Below, one piece after another: positions 9,860 to 20,237 of a DNA stretch of 64,000 nucleotides. The position numbers and the translations under genes were made by a program. The number at the start of each line of letters is the position of its first letter. The first letter of the stretch is position 1. Source of the DNA: Rhodobacter sp. (lineage in GTDB: Bacteria; Pseudomonadota; Alphaproteobacteria; Rhodobacterales; Rhodobacteraceae); NCBI GenBank assembly GCA_027487395.1, contig JAIYDR010000384.1:9732-73731 (forward strand). The letters run 5' to 3'. A model generated the notes under the pieces. The model had not been told where the DNA came from. It made no database searches and saw only the letters and a program-made list of their open reading frames with translations.

Positions 9860-11068
9860 TTAGCCGCGGAACAGCGACAGCAGGTTCTGCGGGGCCTGAT
9901 TGGCGATGGACAGGGCCTGCGTGGACAGCTGTTGCTGCACCTGCAAGGCCTGCAACCGGGCCGAGGTTTCTTCCATATCCGCATCGACAAGCGTGCCGAT
10001 GCCTGCCTTCAGCGAATCCGACAGGTCAGAGATGAACTTCGACTGGGTGTCGATCCGCCCCTGCGCCGAACCGAAAGACGCCGCCGCCCCGATCGAGGTT
10101 TGCAGCAACGCTTCGATATTGCCCAGCGCGGCTTGCGCACCGCCAGCGGTGGAGACATCAATCGCCGACAGGGCCCCCAGACCCCCCGCGCCCGCATTGG
10201 TGAATTGGGCGCTGGCGGTCAGGTCCTTGGTGCCGTTGTTGGTAAAGGCGATCTGGCCGGGTGTGGCGCTGTCATAATCCAGCTCCAGCCCCGCGATACC
10301 CAAGGCTTCAACCGCCTGTTTCAAACCGACGGCCACGATGTCGGACGGTGTGGCTGCGGCAACATCGGCGTCGGTCACGGTGTAACTGGCCACCTTGCCG
10401 CCGATGGTGATCGACACTTTGTCGCCCGACGCAAAGGCATCGGTGCTGTCGTCGATGACGATGTTGCCCGTGCCCCCCGCCTTATCCAAGGCAAAGCCCG
10501 CCGTGTCATTGTCGGTAGAGGCCCCATCGGACCCAGCCAGCACGCCCTTGCCCGTATAGGCCCCGATCGACAAGTCTTGCGCATTGACGGTGATCGAGGA
10601 CGCCGACACCCCACTCGACGACCGGTCCAGCGAGGCCAGAATATCGACCGAGGTATTGGTGCCGTTCACCAGGTTCTTGCCGTTGAACTGCGCCGCACCC
10701 ACAACCGACGCAATCTGGTCGCGCAGCGCGGTGATGTCGGTCTGGATCTTGCCGCGATCCACGTTGGATTCCTGTGCGGCAACGATCTTGCCCTTCATCT
10801 GCGTCAGCAGGCTGGTCACCGTTTCCGAGGCCTGACGCGCCACGGCGATGGTCGACGACCCGAGGGCGAGGCTGTCGGAAATGCCCTTGAACCCTTTCAC
10901 ATCGGACTCCATCACTTTCGAGATGGACCAGACTGCGGCATTGTCCTTGGCGGTTGCCACCGATTTGCCGGTCGAGATTTCCGACTGGGTCTTGGTCATG
11001 CTGGCGTTGAGGGTCTTCATCGTTTGCAGCGCGACCATGGCGCTGTTGTTGGTCAGAATGGACGACAT
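9860..11068 (-). CDS. fliC: Flagellin
   Basis: MSSILTNNSAMVALQT; C-terminal LVDADMEETSARLQALQVQQQL...ANQAPQNLLSLFR; AGGAG RBS. Confidence 0.96.
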   Translation of the reverse strand: MSSILTNNSAMVALQTMKTLNASMTKTQSEISTGKSVATAKDNAAVWSISKVMESDVKGFKGISDSLALGSSTIAVARQASETVTSLLTQMKGKIVAAQESNVDRGKIQTDITALRDQIASVVGAAQFNGKNLVNGTNTSVDILASLDRSSSGVSASSITVNAQDLSIGAYTGKGVLAGSDGASTDNDTAGFALDKAGGTGNIVIDDSTDAFASGDKVSITIGGKVASYTVTDADVAAATPSDIVAVGLKQAVEALGIAGLELDYDSATPGQIAFTNNGTKDLTASAQFTNAGAGGLGALSAIDVSTAGGAQAALGNIEALLQTSIGAAASFGSAQGRIDTQSKFISDLSDSLKAGIGTLVDADMEETSARLQALQVQQQLSTQALSIANQAPQNLLSLFRG

Positions 11069-11210
11069 GTCCACGCTCCTGTTTCTGGACCGGGCTTTGC
11101 CGGGCCGAGGGGGCCGCCAAGGCGGCTGTGCGGATTTCCTCCGTGCGGGGGCAGTGCCCGTCGCGCCAATCCCATCACCGGGTTGCAGAGATAGATAAGC
11201 GCGGCGACCC

Positions 11211-11225
11211 CTAACGTTTCGCTAA
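11211..11225 (-). promoter_or_regulatory. Degenerate CtrA-like site upstream of flagellin
   Basis: TTAG-N7-TTAG on the minus strand (CtrA consensus TTAA-N7-TTAA). Confidence 0.55.
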
Positions 11226-11289
11226 TCGCGGCGGTGTGTTTGCGGCTGGATGTGTCGGATTTTCCGCAAATGTCCCGGCATCTTTCCGG

Positions 11290-11610
11290 TCACACCCGGC
11301 GGGTGGGCGGTGCTGCGGGGACCAGCGGCGCGCGCGCGCCGGTGTTGTCATAGGTGCCCAGGCTGGCGCGTCCCGTCGCTTCGTCGATGCGGCGGCGGGC
11401 GGCGCGAAAGCCGTTGCGCGCGGCGTCGACGCAGGCCGCCGTCTGGTGTGCCTGCACGCGCAGACGGCGCATCCGGGCGGCATCGCTGCGGCTGAGGCCA
11501 AGCATCAACCCCTCGATCCGTTCGGCAAGGGTGGGCAGATTGGCATAATCGCCCGTGATCAGGCGCGCGCGCAGGTCATCCATGGCCGTTTGCAAGGGAT
11601 CATGCGGCAT
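11290..11610 (-). CDS. FlgN-like export chaperone (106 aa)
   Basis: Start re-called at ATG 11610 after GGGGG RBS; helical, ends LGTYDNTG; downstream of the flgJ-like gene. Confidence 0.6.
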   Translation of the reverse strand: MPHDPLQTAMDDLRARLITGDYANLPTLAERIEGLMLGLSRSDAARMRRLRVQAHQTAACVDAARNGFRAARRRIDEATGRASLGTYDNTGARAPLVPAAPPTRRV

Positions 11611-11896
11611 GGGTGCCCCCCGAGTCCTGACCCGGGTCTTTGGCAGCCCCATCGCGCGCGACCAAGGCACGAAACAGCGCCTCAGACAGGCCGATACCCC
11701 CCGCTTTCACCATCGATTCGGCCTGTGCCTCCCGCAAGAAGGATGCAAATTGCGCCGCCCCCGCACCGCCGCCCATCCCTTCAGCCGCGCGGTCAAGCCC
11801 GGCATGGGCCAGCATCTGCGACAGGAACACGGACTCCAACCTTTTGGCTTTATTCTGTAAATCCTGTGCGCGGGGGAGGATCGGCTGAGTATGCAT
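11600..11896 (-). CDS. flgJ: FlgJ-like rod-binding protein without muramidase domain
   Basis: AKRLESVFLSQML, GGGAGAAQFASFL, AGGIGLSEALFRAL; alternative start at 11908. Confidence 0.8.
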   Translation of the reverse strand: MHTQPILPRAQDLQNKAKRLESVFLSQMLAHAGLDRAAEGMGGGAGAAQFASFLREAQAESMVKAGGIGLSEALFRALVARDGAAKDPGQDSGGTHAA

Positions 11897-11962
11897 CGTG
11901 GTCTCCATTCTGGAAAGCGAAAGGGCCTTGAGTCGAGTTTTCCGGATGATGACGGCACGGCG

Positions 11963-11977
11963 GTAAACAATCGGTAA
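11963..11977. promoter_or_regulatory. Degenerate CtrA-like site between divergent flgJ and fliK
   Basis: GTAA-N7-GTAA (TTAC-N7-TTAC on minus), flanked by GANTC at 11930 and 11992. Confidence 0.5.
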
Positions 11978-12001
11978 TCGGTTTGCCGCAAGACTCGAGC
12001 A

Positions 12002-13663
12002 ATGCTTGGCAGTTACCGGTGGATCATGGTCTCGTCTTTTGCGCTTTCTTCTCTGCCCGTGGTCCGGCCTCCCAGCACAGGAGCACGGGAGTATTCGATT
12101 GGGGATGGCGATTTCGCCGCTGTTGTTTTCGGGATGGAACAGGGGGCGACGCCCGCTAAGACCAAGGAAAAAGCCTTGATGCCCAACGGAACTGAACTGG
12201 ACAGTCCGGCATTCGCAGAGCCGCAGAATGCCGGGGTGGAGGGTGGTGATCTCGCCCCAAAGCTGCCCGTCGAAGACAGGTCTGATCAGGTGGTGGCTGC
12301 GACGGCGGGACTTGTTCCACAACCCGTGTGGTTTCTGGCAGAGCCTGGCTCTCCTCACCCTGTCGTTCAGACGCAAACGGACAAGCATCAGCTTTGGTCG
12401 ACCGCGCCTGCAGTGCCGACGTCACTTGCCCCTGCTTCGAGCGACCTGACCGAAGCAAAGACCCTGATTGCGGCATCGTCTGTACGCCTTGGGGCGGCAA
12501 AACCGGGTGAAAACGGTCGTGCAGAACCTTGGGCATCGGCGAGGATGACGGAAGTGGACTCCGAACCGTTTGGCGTTGCAGCGGCACCCTTGGAACCGAA
12601 ACCCGCGCCGCCTGTCGCGTTTGGACCTGCGCCTGTTTCGCGGCAGGCCACTGACCCCCTCACCACGGCGCTTATGTCCGGCGGGCCTTCGGATAGTGCA
12701 TCCCCTACCCCGCCGCAGACCGCGCCAGTTTCGGCGCTTCCGGCGCGACCAAACGCAGCAGAAACGGCGGGGCGGGCTGACTTCCCGGCAGTGGCATCGC
12801 CGCAGATCGCGCCCTACCCCCCACCGATGCGCGAAGGCGCAGCCGTTATGGCCGCGGTGCCCTTTGTATCCCAGCAGGTTGAATCGCCCGTAATCCAAGC
12901 CCCGCCCTGGACTGGGCCGATGACGGCCACCCGTTTGATGCCAAGCGAAAGCCCGCAGCCAGCGGGTCTTGTGGCGGCACCTGTGGCAGCGGGCGTGCCA
13001 AACTCAATCAGCCATTTGGGCGTGGCGCGGGACAAGGCCCTGGACACCAGCGAGACGCCCACCGAGACCTCTCGACCACCAGAGGCAACCTTGGCCACGA
13101 CTCCGCTGGGTCTAGGGGCAGAGGCTCTGCGCCCCCTTGCCGCCAACAGTGCGGCACTGGATCGCCCTGTCTTGCCTGACAGCAGCGCGGAAACCCGGGC
13201 GATCCTGCGCCAGCTTGTCCCCACCCTGCCCGATCAGGAAGGCGTCTTAGAAATCGCACTTTTTCCCAAAGGCTTGGGTCAGGTGCGTCTGGACATTCAG
13301 CGCGGGCCGATGGGCGCACGGATCATTGTTTCCGCTGACCGCCCCGAAACGATCGACCTGATCCGCCGCCACGCTGCCGATCTGGTCGCTGAATTTCGCA
13401 CGGCGGGCATGGCCAATCCGGTGGTCAGCTTTGCCCCTGTCGATGCCAGCCCTACCATACCGCCCGCACAAAGGCTGGATGCGACGGGTCTTCTGACCGG
13501 AGGCGGCAGTTTTGGCGGATCATCGCAGCATACGGGTGGATCGCCGCAAAGCCAACCTCCCCCACGGCCAGACACCCCGCCTGCTGCCAACCTGCCCAAC
13601 CCTACCCCGCCCCCCTTTCGCAGCGATGTCGTCCCAAGTGGCGGCCTGATCCTGCGCCTTTGA
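12002..13663 (+). CDS. fliK: Hook-length control protein FliK
   Basis: Long Pro/Ala-rich region, then LEIALFPKGLGQVRL...ADRPETIDLIRRHAADL; upstream of flgD; start uncertain. Confidence 0.85.
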   Translation: MLGSYRWIMVSSFALSSLPVVRPPSTGAREYSIGDGDFAAVVFGMEQGATPAKTKEKALMPNGTELDSPAFAEPQNAGVEGGDLAPKLPVEDRSDQVVAATAGLVPQPVWFLAEPGSPHPVVQTQTDKHQLWSTAPAVPTSLAPASSDLTEAKTLIAASSVRLGAAKPGENGRAEPWASARMTEVDSEPFGVAAAPLEPKPAPPVAFGPAPVSRQATDPLTTALMSGGPSDSASPTPPQTAPVSALPARPNAAETAGRADFPAVASPQIAPYPPPMREGAAVMAAVPFVSQQVESPVIQAPPWTGPMTATRLMPSESPQPAGLVAAPVAAGVPNSISHLGVARDKALDTSETPTETSRPPEATLATTPLGLGAEALRPLAANSAALDRPVLPDSSAETRAILRQLVPTLPDQEGVLEIALFPKGLGQVRLDIQRGPMGARIIVSADRPETIDLIRRHAADLVAEFRTAGMANPVVSFAPVDASPTIPPAQRLDATGLLTGGGSFGGSSQHTGGSPQSQPPPRPDTPPAANLPNPTPPPFRSDVVPSGGLILRL

Positions 13664-13673
13664 TGGAGTCACC

Positions 13674-14318
13674 ATGACCGCGATCACCTCTCTTGGAACC
13701 AGCCCTCAGACGCCGAAAACTTCGGGGGCCATCACCTCGGATTTCACGACATTTCTGAAGATGCTGACGACGCAGATGCAGAATCAGGACCCGCTGAACC
13801 CGATTGATTCCACCGATTACGCGACGCAACTGGCCACTTTTTCCGGGGTGGAACAGCAGGTCAGGACCAATACGCTGCTTGCCGATCTCGGACAGCAATT
13901 CGGCTTGTTGGGCATGGCGCAATTGGCCGGTTGGGTCGGGCAAGAGGCGCGCTCTGCCGGGCCAGTCTGGATGGGCGGCACGCCGGTTTCGCTGCAGCTG
14001 GAGCCTGCAAAGGGGGCCACCCGGGCGATGCTGGTGGCGCGGGATGCGGCCGGGAATGTCGCCACGCGCGAAGAGGTGCCAGTAACGGCGGGCGCTTATC
14101 AATGGCTGGGCGGCAATATGGCCGGCGATCCCTTGCCCACCGGTCAGTATCGGCTAACCGTGGAAAGCTGGAACGGCGACAAGCAACTGGCGACCAACCC
14201 GGTGCAAACTTATGCCCGCATCACTGAGGCGCGAAATGGTCCCGATGGCGTGACCCTGTTGCTTGAGGGTGGGATCAGCGTCAAAGCGACCGAGGTGACC
14301 GCCCTGCGCGCGGGGTGA
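13674..14318 (+). CDS. flgD: Hook capping protein FlgD
   Basis: FLKMLTTQMQNQDPLNP and QLATFSGVEQ signature. Confidence 0.95.
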   Translation: MTAITSLGTSPQTPKTSGAITSDFTTFLKMLTTQMQNQDPLNPIDSTDYATQLATFSGVEQQVRTNTLLADLGQQFGLLGMAQLAGWVGQEARSAGPVWMGGTPVSLQLEPAKGATRAMLVARDAAGNVATREEVPVTAGAYQWLGGNMAGDPLPTGQYRLTVESWNGDKQLATNPVQTYARITEARNGPDGVTLLLEGGISVKATEVTALRAG

Positions 14319-14361
14319 CAGGTGGTCTTTGCCTGCCAAGACGGTCTAGTGTCGCGCCGCC

Positions 14362-15177
14362 ATGACCCTGATCGACGCTTTAGCCCCCGACACGCTTCGC
14401 GACCTGCAAGGGCAGGATGCCGCTTGGATCATTGAACCGCTTTCGCCACTTTCCGGCGGGCGGGCGAACCATGTCTGGCGGGTGGGCAATCGCGTGCTGA
14501 AACGCACTCGCCCCGATGCCGCGACACCGCTGTTCCCCAACGATCCATTGGCAGAGGCACAGGCGCTGCGTCTGTTCGCACCCGAAGGGCTGGCCCCAGA
14601 GTTGCGGGCAATCTCGGGAGAGTGGCTGCTCATTGACCACCTCCCCGGCGCGATCTGGGGCCAAAGCCCGAATCAAGACCCCGCCCCAGTGGCGCGGGCC
14701 TTGGGTCGGCTGCATCGGCTGACGCTGCGCGACGGGTTCCGCCCCTTGCCCAATGGCACGGCCGCGCTGCGGCGGGATGCGGTGCGGGTGGCGGGCGGGC
14801 AGCCGACGCCGCCCCTGCCCGATGTGCCAGACCTGCCGCCCGTTCGCCCCTGTGCGGTTCACGCCGATGCCGTGCCGGGCAATATCATCGTCGCGCCCAA
14901 AGGGGTGATGCTGATCGATTGGCAATGCCCCGGCCTTGGCGATCCGGCCGAGGATTTGGCAACGTTCCTGTCGCCCGCGATGCAGTGGCTTTACACGGGT
15001 CGTACTCTGAGCCCGGATCAGCGCGAGCGGTTCCTAAACGCTTATCCAGACCATGCGACCGTGGCCAGATTCCAAGCGTTAGAGCCGCTTTACGCATGGC
15101 GCATGACCGCCCATTGCACCTATCGCGCCGCACAAGGCGATCCAGATTACGCCCAAGCGTTACAGCAGATGGCCTAA
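14362..15177 (+). CDS. APH/choline kinase-like phosphotransferase
   Basis: GGRANHVW, Brenner-like HADAVPGNII, LIDWQ, GDPAEDLA. Confidence 0.8.
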   Translation: MTLIDALAPDTLRDLQGQDAAWIIEPLSPLSGGRANHVWRVGNRVLKRTRPDAATPLFPNDPLAEAQALRLFAPEGLAPELRAISGEWLLIDHLPGAIWGQSPNQDPAPVARALGRLHRLTLRDGFRPLPNGTAALRRDAVRVAGGQPTPPLPDVPDLPPVRPCAVHADAVPGNIIVAPKGVMLIDWQCPGLGDPAEDLATFLSPAMQWLYTGRTLSPDQRERFLNAYPDHATVARFQALEPLYAWRMTAHCTYRAAQGDPDYAQALQQMA

Positions 15178-16689
15178 TCCCACGCCAGCCGCAAAGATCA
15201 CAAAGGCAGCGGGGATCAGATACCAGCGGCTGCGACGGCGCGGCGGGGCCAAAGGTCGCGAGGGTTCGGCCTGCGCGATCAAGGCACTTTCCACCAGACG
15301 CGGCAGCTTGGGGCCAAACCGGCTCAGCACACGCGCGGTCTGCACCAGATCGCGCAACAGCGCCTTTGGTCCGATGTTACCGGCGATGTAGCGTTCCACC
15401 ACCGGGCGGGCGACTTGCCAGATATTGATCTGCGGGTCCAAACCGCGCGCCACGCCTTCGACAACCACCATCGTGCGTTGCAGCAGGATCAGTTCTGTCC
15501 GGGTCTGCATCCCGAAGCGTTCGGTGACCTCAAAAAGATAGGACAACAGCTTGGCCATCGAAATGCGGTTGGCGTCCATGCCGAAAATCGGCTCTCCCAC
15601 CGCACGCAAGGCACGGGCGAATTCGTCAATGTCACGGTCGGGCGGAACATAGCCCGCCTCAAAATGCACTTCGGCGACGCGGCGATAATCCTTGCGGATG
15701 AAGCCCATCAGAATCTCGGCATAAACGCGGCGGGTGTATTCGTCGATCCGGCCCATGATGCCGAAATCATAGGCGATGATCGCGCCATCCGCGCCGACCT
15801 TGAGGTTGCCTTGGTGCATGTCTGCGTGGAAATAGCCGTCGCGCAGCGCGTGGTTCAGGAACAGTTGCAGCACCCGCGCGCCCAGCACCCGCCGATCATG
15901 CCCCGCCGCGTCAATGGCGGCGTTTTCGTTCATGCCCAGACCTTCGACCCAATCCAGCGTCATCACCGTCTTGCCCGACAGGGTCCAGACCGGCTGCGGC
16001 ACGCGAAAGCCTTCGTCATCCTTGGTATTGGCGGAAAACTCGGCCGCGGCCGAGGATTCCAGCCGCAAATCCAACTCCCCCATCACCACGCCTTCGAAAT
16101 GCGCGATGACATCCATCGGGCGCAGGCGGCGGGCCGAGGGGGCGAAAATCTCAACCGTGCGGGCGATCAGGTAAAACGCATCGATATCCTTGCGAAAGGC
16201 GCGTTCGATACCGGGGCGCAGCACCTTGACCGCCACTTCTTTGCCGGTTTCCGCAATGCGGGCGCGGTGTACCTGCGCGATGGAGGCGGCGGCAACGGGT
16301 TCGGAGAATTCGGAAAACACCTGATCGACGGGCAGTTCCAACTCTGCCGCGATCATCTGTTTCGCCACATCGGTGGAAAACGGCGGCAGTTGGTCTTGCA
16401 GGTATTTCAACTGCTCTGACAGCTTTTCGCCCACCATGTCGGGGCGGGTCGAAAGAATTTGACCGAATTTGATATAGGCCGGGCCAAGCGCGGTCAGCGC
16501 GCGGGTGGCGGGCGGCAGGTTCGGATCGCCCTTCAACCCCAGCCATTTGAACGGCCAGCCAAGGGCATGGGCCACGATCCGCAGGCTTTTGGGCGCGCGA
16601 AAGGCGTCCAGCACCACCTCCATCGCGCCGGTGCGTTCCAGCGTGGCGCCGGTGCGGATCAGCCGCCAGATGTTGTGCGGTCCGCGCAT
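15160..16689 (-). CDS. ubiB: Ubiquinone biosynthesis kinase-like protein UbiB
   Basis: LGPAYIKFGQILSTRPD, AAASIAQVH, VAVKVLRP, FHADMHQGN, DFGIMG. Confidence 0.95.
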   Translation of the reverse strand: MRGPHNIWRLIRTGATLERTGAMEVVLDAFRAPKSLRIVAHALGWPFKWLGLKGDPNLPPATRALTALGPAYIKFGQILSTRPDMVGEKLSEQLKYLQDQLPPFSTDVAKQMIAAELELPVDQVFSEFSEPVAAASIAQVHRARIAETGKEVAVKVLRPGIERAFRKDIDAFYLIARTVEIFAPSARRLRPMDVIAHFEGVVMGELDLRLESSAAAEFSANTKDDEGFRVPQPVWTLSGKTVMTLDWVEGLGMNENAAIDAAGHDRRVLGARVLQLFLNHALRDGYFHADMHQGNLKVGADGAIIAYDFGIMGRIDEYTRRVYAEILMGFIRKDYRRVAEVHFEAGYVPPDRDIDEFARALRAVGEPIFGMDANRISMAKLLSYLFEVTERFGMQTRTELILLQRTMVVVEGVARGLDPQINIWQVARPVVERYIAGNIGPKALLRDLVQTARVLSRFGPKLPRLVESALIAQAEPSRPLAPPRRRSRWYLIPAAFVIFAAGVGLGHLL

Positions 16690-17441
16690 CAGATCTTCCA
16701 GCCAGAGTGCAGGGCGGCCACCCCCATCGTCAGATTGCGGTATTTCACCTGATCAAAGCCCGCCTGCCGGATCATCGCGGCGAATCTGTCCTGATCGGGG
16801 AATTTGCGGATCGATTCGACCAGGTATTGATAGCTGTCACGGTCATTGGCCACGATCTGCCCCATCACCGGGATGACGTTGAAGGAATACAGATCATAGG
16901 CCTTTTGCAGCAAGGCATTGGGGATCTGCGAAAACTCCAGCACCATCAACCGCCCGCCGGGGCGCAGCACACGATAGGCCTCACGCAGTGCATCGGGAAT
17001 GCGGGTGACGTTCCGAATGCCGAAGCTGATTGTATAGATATCAAAGGAATTGTCGGCAAAAGGCAGCGCCATTGCGTCGCCCACCACCCAATCCAGACGG
17101 TCGGCCTGATGTTCCGCTTCGGCGCGTTTGCGGCCTTCGATCAACATCGATTCGGTCATGTCGCAGACCACGGCATTCGACCCCGGCGCGCGTTTCAGAA
17201 AGCGAAACGCCACATCCCCGGTGCCGCCCGCCACATCCAACAGGCGTTGACCGGCGCGCGGAGCCAGCCAATCCATCATGGCGTCTTTCCACAAGCGGTG
17301 CACCCCGCCCGACATCAGGTCATTCATGATGTCATAGCGACTGGCGACGCGGGTAAAGACGCCATGCACCATCCCGGCCTTGTCGCCCTCTGGCACGGTC
17401 TGAAAGCCGAAATGGGTGGTGTTGTCCTGATCTTCGGTCAT
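16689..17441 (-). CDS. ubiE: Ubiquinone/menaquinone C-methyltransferase UbiE
   Basis: [31 protein letters not shown]; start re-called at 17441. Confidence 0.96.
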   Translation of the reverse strand: MTEDQDNTTHFGFQTVPEGDKAGMVHGVFTRVASRYDIMNDLMSGGVHRLWKDAMMDWLAPRAGQRLLDVAGGTGDVAFRFLKRAPGSNAVVCDMTESMLIEGRKRAEAEHQADRLDWVVGDAMALPFADNSFDIYTISFGIRNVTRIPDALREAYRVLRPGGRLMVLEFSQIPNALLQKAYDLYSFNVIPVMGQIVANDRDSYQYLVESIRKFPDQDRFAAMIRQAGFDQVKYRNLTMGVAALHSGWKI

Positions 17442-17542
17442 TGTCTCTTGCCGTTCCTGACGCTTGCCACTCCTTATAGGGCCGAAGTCCGGCGCTGCAA
17501 TGCGCCGCCTTGTCCCGCCCCATCTTGTCGCCAAAGGTCGCC

Positions 17543-18394
17543 ATGCCCGAACTGCCCGAGGTTGAAACCGTCCGCCGTGGTCTTTTGCCGGTGATGGAAG
17601 GGCAGATGATCACGCAAGCGCTGGTCAATCGCCCCGATCTGCGCTGGCCCTTTCCGCCACGCATGGCCGAACGGCTGACCGGCGCGCAGGTGACAGCGCT
17701 GCGGCGGCGGTCGAAATATATCCTTGCGGACCTTTCCACCGCCGAGACCCTGCTGATCCATCTGGGCATGTCGGGGCGAATGCTGATCTCTGGCGCGATT
17801 GTCGGGGAATTTCATCATCCCCACCCCGCGCCGGAAAAGCATGACCATGTGATCTTGGATATGGAGGGCGGGGCGCGCGTGACCTTCAACGATGCCCGCC
17901 GCTTTGGCGCGATGGACCTTTTGGACACGGCGTCGGCGGATCATCACCCGCTGCTGGCAGACATCGGGCCGGAACCACTGGGGAACGGGTTTTCCGAAAG
18001 CTATCTGGTGGCGCGCCTGGCGGGGAAGAACACGCCGATCAAATCGGCGCTTCTGGATCAGCATCTGGTCGCGGGCTTGGGCAATATCTACGTTTGCGAG
18101 ACGCTGTATCGTGCCCACCTTCACCCCGCGCGCAAGGCGGGTGATCTGACCCGCGCGCAGGTGGCGTCCTTGGTGCCGATCATCCGCGCCGTCTTGACCG
18201 AGGCGATTGAGGCTGGCGGGTCATCCTTGCGTGACTACAGGCAGGCGGATGGCGAGCTTGGGTATTTCCAGCACAGCTTTCAGGTCTATGGCCGCGAGGG
18301 CGAACCCTGCGCTACAGCGGGCTGCGGGTCGATCATCGAACGCATGGTGCAATCGGGGCGGTCGTCGTTTTTCTGCCCGACCTGCCAGCGCTGA
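17543..18394 (+). CDS. mutM: Formamidopyrimidine-DNA glycosylase
   Basis: MPELPEVE N-terminus, HLGMSG, GLGNIY, C-terminal zinc finger CPTCQ. Confidence 0.97.
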   Translation: MPELPEVETVRRGLLPVMEGQMITQALVNRPDLRWPFPPRMAERLTGAQVTALRRRSKYILADLSTAETLLIHLGMSGRMLISGAIVGEFHHPHPAPEKHDHVILDMEGGARVTFNDARRFGAMDLLDTASADHHPLLADIGPEPLGNGFSESYLVARLAGKNTPIKSALLDQHLVAGLGNIYVCETLYRAHLHPARKAGDLTRAQVASLVPIIRAVLTEAIEAGGSSLRDYRQADGELGYFQHSFQVYGREGEPCATAGCGSIIERMVQSGRSSFFCPTCQR

Positions 18395-18479
18395 GGCTGC
18401 GGCGCTATGCCAAGCGGCTTGATACCGGGCGGGTTGCTGTTAGGACTTGGTGCCAAATGCCAAGCAAGCGGAGCCGGTC

Positions 18480-19256
18480 ATGGCCTATGAGACGCTGATC
18501 GTCGAGATCGAGGATACCACCGCCCTGATCCGGTTGAACCGGCCCGATGCGCTGAACGCCCTGAACACCAAGCTGATGCAGGAATTGTCGGCGGCGTTGA
18601 CGGCGGCTGATGGCAATCAAAAGGTGCGCTGTATTGTGCTGACCGGATCGGAGAAGGCCTTTGCCGCCGGGGCCGATGTGCGCGAGATGGCCGACAAGAC
18701 CTATGCCGAGGTGTTTTTTGACGATCTGTTTGGCCCGGAGGCCGAGGCGATCACCCGCGTCCGTAAGCCGATTATTGCCGCTGTGGCGGGCTATTGCCTT
18801 GGGGGCGGGTGCGAACTGGCGATGATGTGCGATTTCATCATCGCCGCCGATACCGCGAAATTCGGCCAGCCAGAGATCAATTTGGGCATCTGCGCCGGAA
18901 TGGGCGGCACACAGCGACTGACCCGCGCGGTCGGCAAGGCCAAGGCGATGGACATGAACCTGACCGGCCGTTTCATGGATGCCGCCGAGGCAGAGCGTTG
19001 CGGTCTGGTCAGCCGCATTTTTCCCGCCGCGGACTTGCTGCCTGAGACGCTGAAAATCGCGGGCAAGATCGCCGAAAAATCCGCACTCGCGGTGCGGGCG
19101 GTGAAAGAATCGGTCAACCGCGCGCAGGAAACCACCCTGCGCGAAGGGCTGCTGTTTGAACGCCGGATGTTCCACGCCAGCTTCGCGACCGAGGATCAGA
19201 AAGAGGGCATGGCCGCCTTTGTCGAAAAGCGCGCGCCGCATTTCCGCGACCGCTGA
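18480..19256 (+). CDS. Enoyl-CoA hydratase (crotonase family)
   Basis: [33 protein letters not shown]. Confidence 0.93.
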   Translation: MAYETLIVEIEDTTALIRLNRPDALNALNTKLMQELSAALTAADGNQKVRCIVLTGSEKAFAAGADVREMADKTYAEVFFDDLFGPEAEAITRVRKPIIAAVAGYCLGGGCELAMMCDFIIAADTAKFGQPEINLGICAGMGGTQRLTRAVGKAKAMDMNLTGRFMDAAEAERCGLVSRIFPAADLLPETLKIAGKIAEKSALAVRAVKESVNRAQETTLREGLLFERRMFHASFATEDQKEGMAAFVEKRAPHFRDR

Positions 19257-19425
19257 AGGCGGCGTTCTGTTTTCCCTGTTCCCTTTCCCCAGCATTTGCA
19301 CTAAGGGCTGCCGTCACATGCGCGTGGGCCCGCTTAGGCAAGAATCGAGTCCGTCCTTTCGGGGGCGGCGTCTTGGGGTCTTTGTGCAATTGAAACGCAA
19401 CGAAGACCCAAGAAAGACCTGACCG

Positions 19426-19701
19426 ATGGCGAATTCTGAACAGTCCAAAAAACGCGCCCGCCAGTCCGAGACGCGCTATGCCGTGAACAAGGCGCGCCGT
19501 TCGCGCGTCCGCACCTATCTGCGCAAGGTTGAAGAAGCGCTTGCCTCTGGCGATGCGGCTGCTGCCGAAGCAGCGCTGAAAAACGCCCAGCCAGAACTGA
19601 TGCGCGGCGTGTCCAAGGGCATCATGCACAAGAACACCGCCTCGCGGAAAGTGTCTCGCCTTGCCTCGCGCGTGAAGACGCTGGCTGGCACCAAAGTCTG
19701 A
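19426..19701 (+). CDS. rpsT: 30S ribosomal protein S20
   Basis: [13 protein letters not shown] and [12 protein letters not shown]. Confidence 0.97.
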   Translation: MANSEQSKKRARQSETRYAVNKARRSRVRTYLRKVEEALASGDAAAAEAALKNAQPELMRGVSKGIMHKNTASRKVSRLASRVKTLAGTKV

Positions 19702-19722
19702 TCTAAACATTTGTATTGATTA

Positions 19723-19756
19723 ACAAAGGGCGTGGCCGCGCGGCTGCGCCCTTTGT
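19723..19756 (+). terminator. Hairpin terminator after rpsT
   Basis: ACAAAGGGCGTGGCCG pairs with CGGCTGCGCCCTTTGT (two G-U pairs). Confidence 0.65.
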
Positions 19757-20237
19757 CATGTCTGCCAAGCCAATACAGACCACTGTTGCAAGTCGACACA
19801 GGGTACTGGGATTCGGGTAGGCGAAGGTATGTCAAGCGCGAAGATTGGTTGCGGTCGTCGCCTTCCGAGCGCTAGCGTCTTAGGGCGATTCACGACGTCT
19901 TGGGGGACATGACATAGGCCCGACGGGTTGGGACTGACTGGCGAAATGCTGCCAAGCCTTTGTATAGTCAGACCTTTTCCATTTTGGCTTAGACGAACTG
20001 TGCCATTTGCAAACTGCAGAGCACGGAACAGCCATTGATGTAACGAGCCGAATGGCCCGCGCTTTGGCTGATGTCTGGAATGGACTGGATCATCCCGCCC
20101 CGGCATGACGTGCCGGACGGGAAGACCGGTCTTTTCCGTCCGGGACGCCGCGACCCGCGGGGGTGGTGTGAGCGGTCGAAAAACAGCAGATGTCGCGGGC
20201 AGGGTGGCCCGCAAGGCATCCACGGACGGGTAAAGAA

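Noticed and set aside
12002..13200. Low-complexity divergent region as foreign DNA
   Set aside because: It is the Pro/Ala-rich ruler region of FliK, which is normally poorly conserved.
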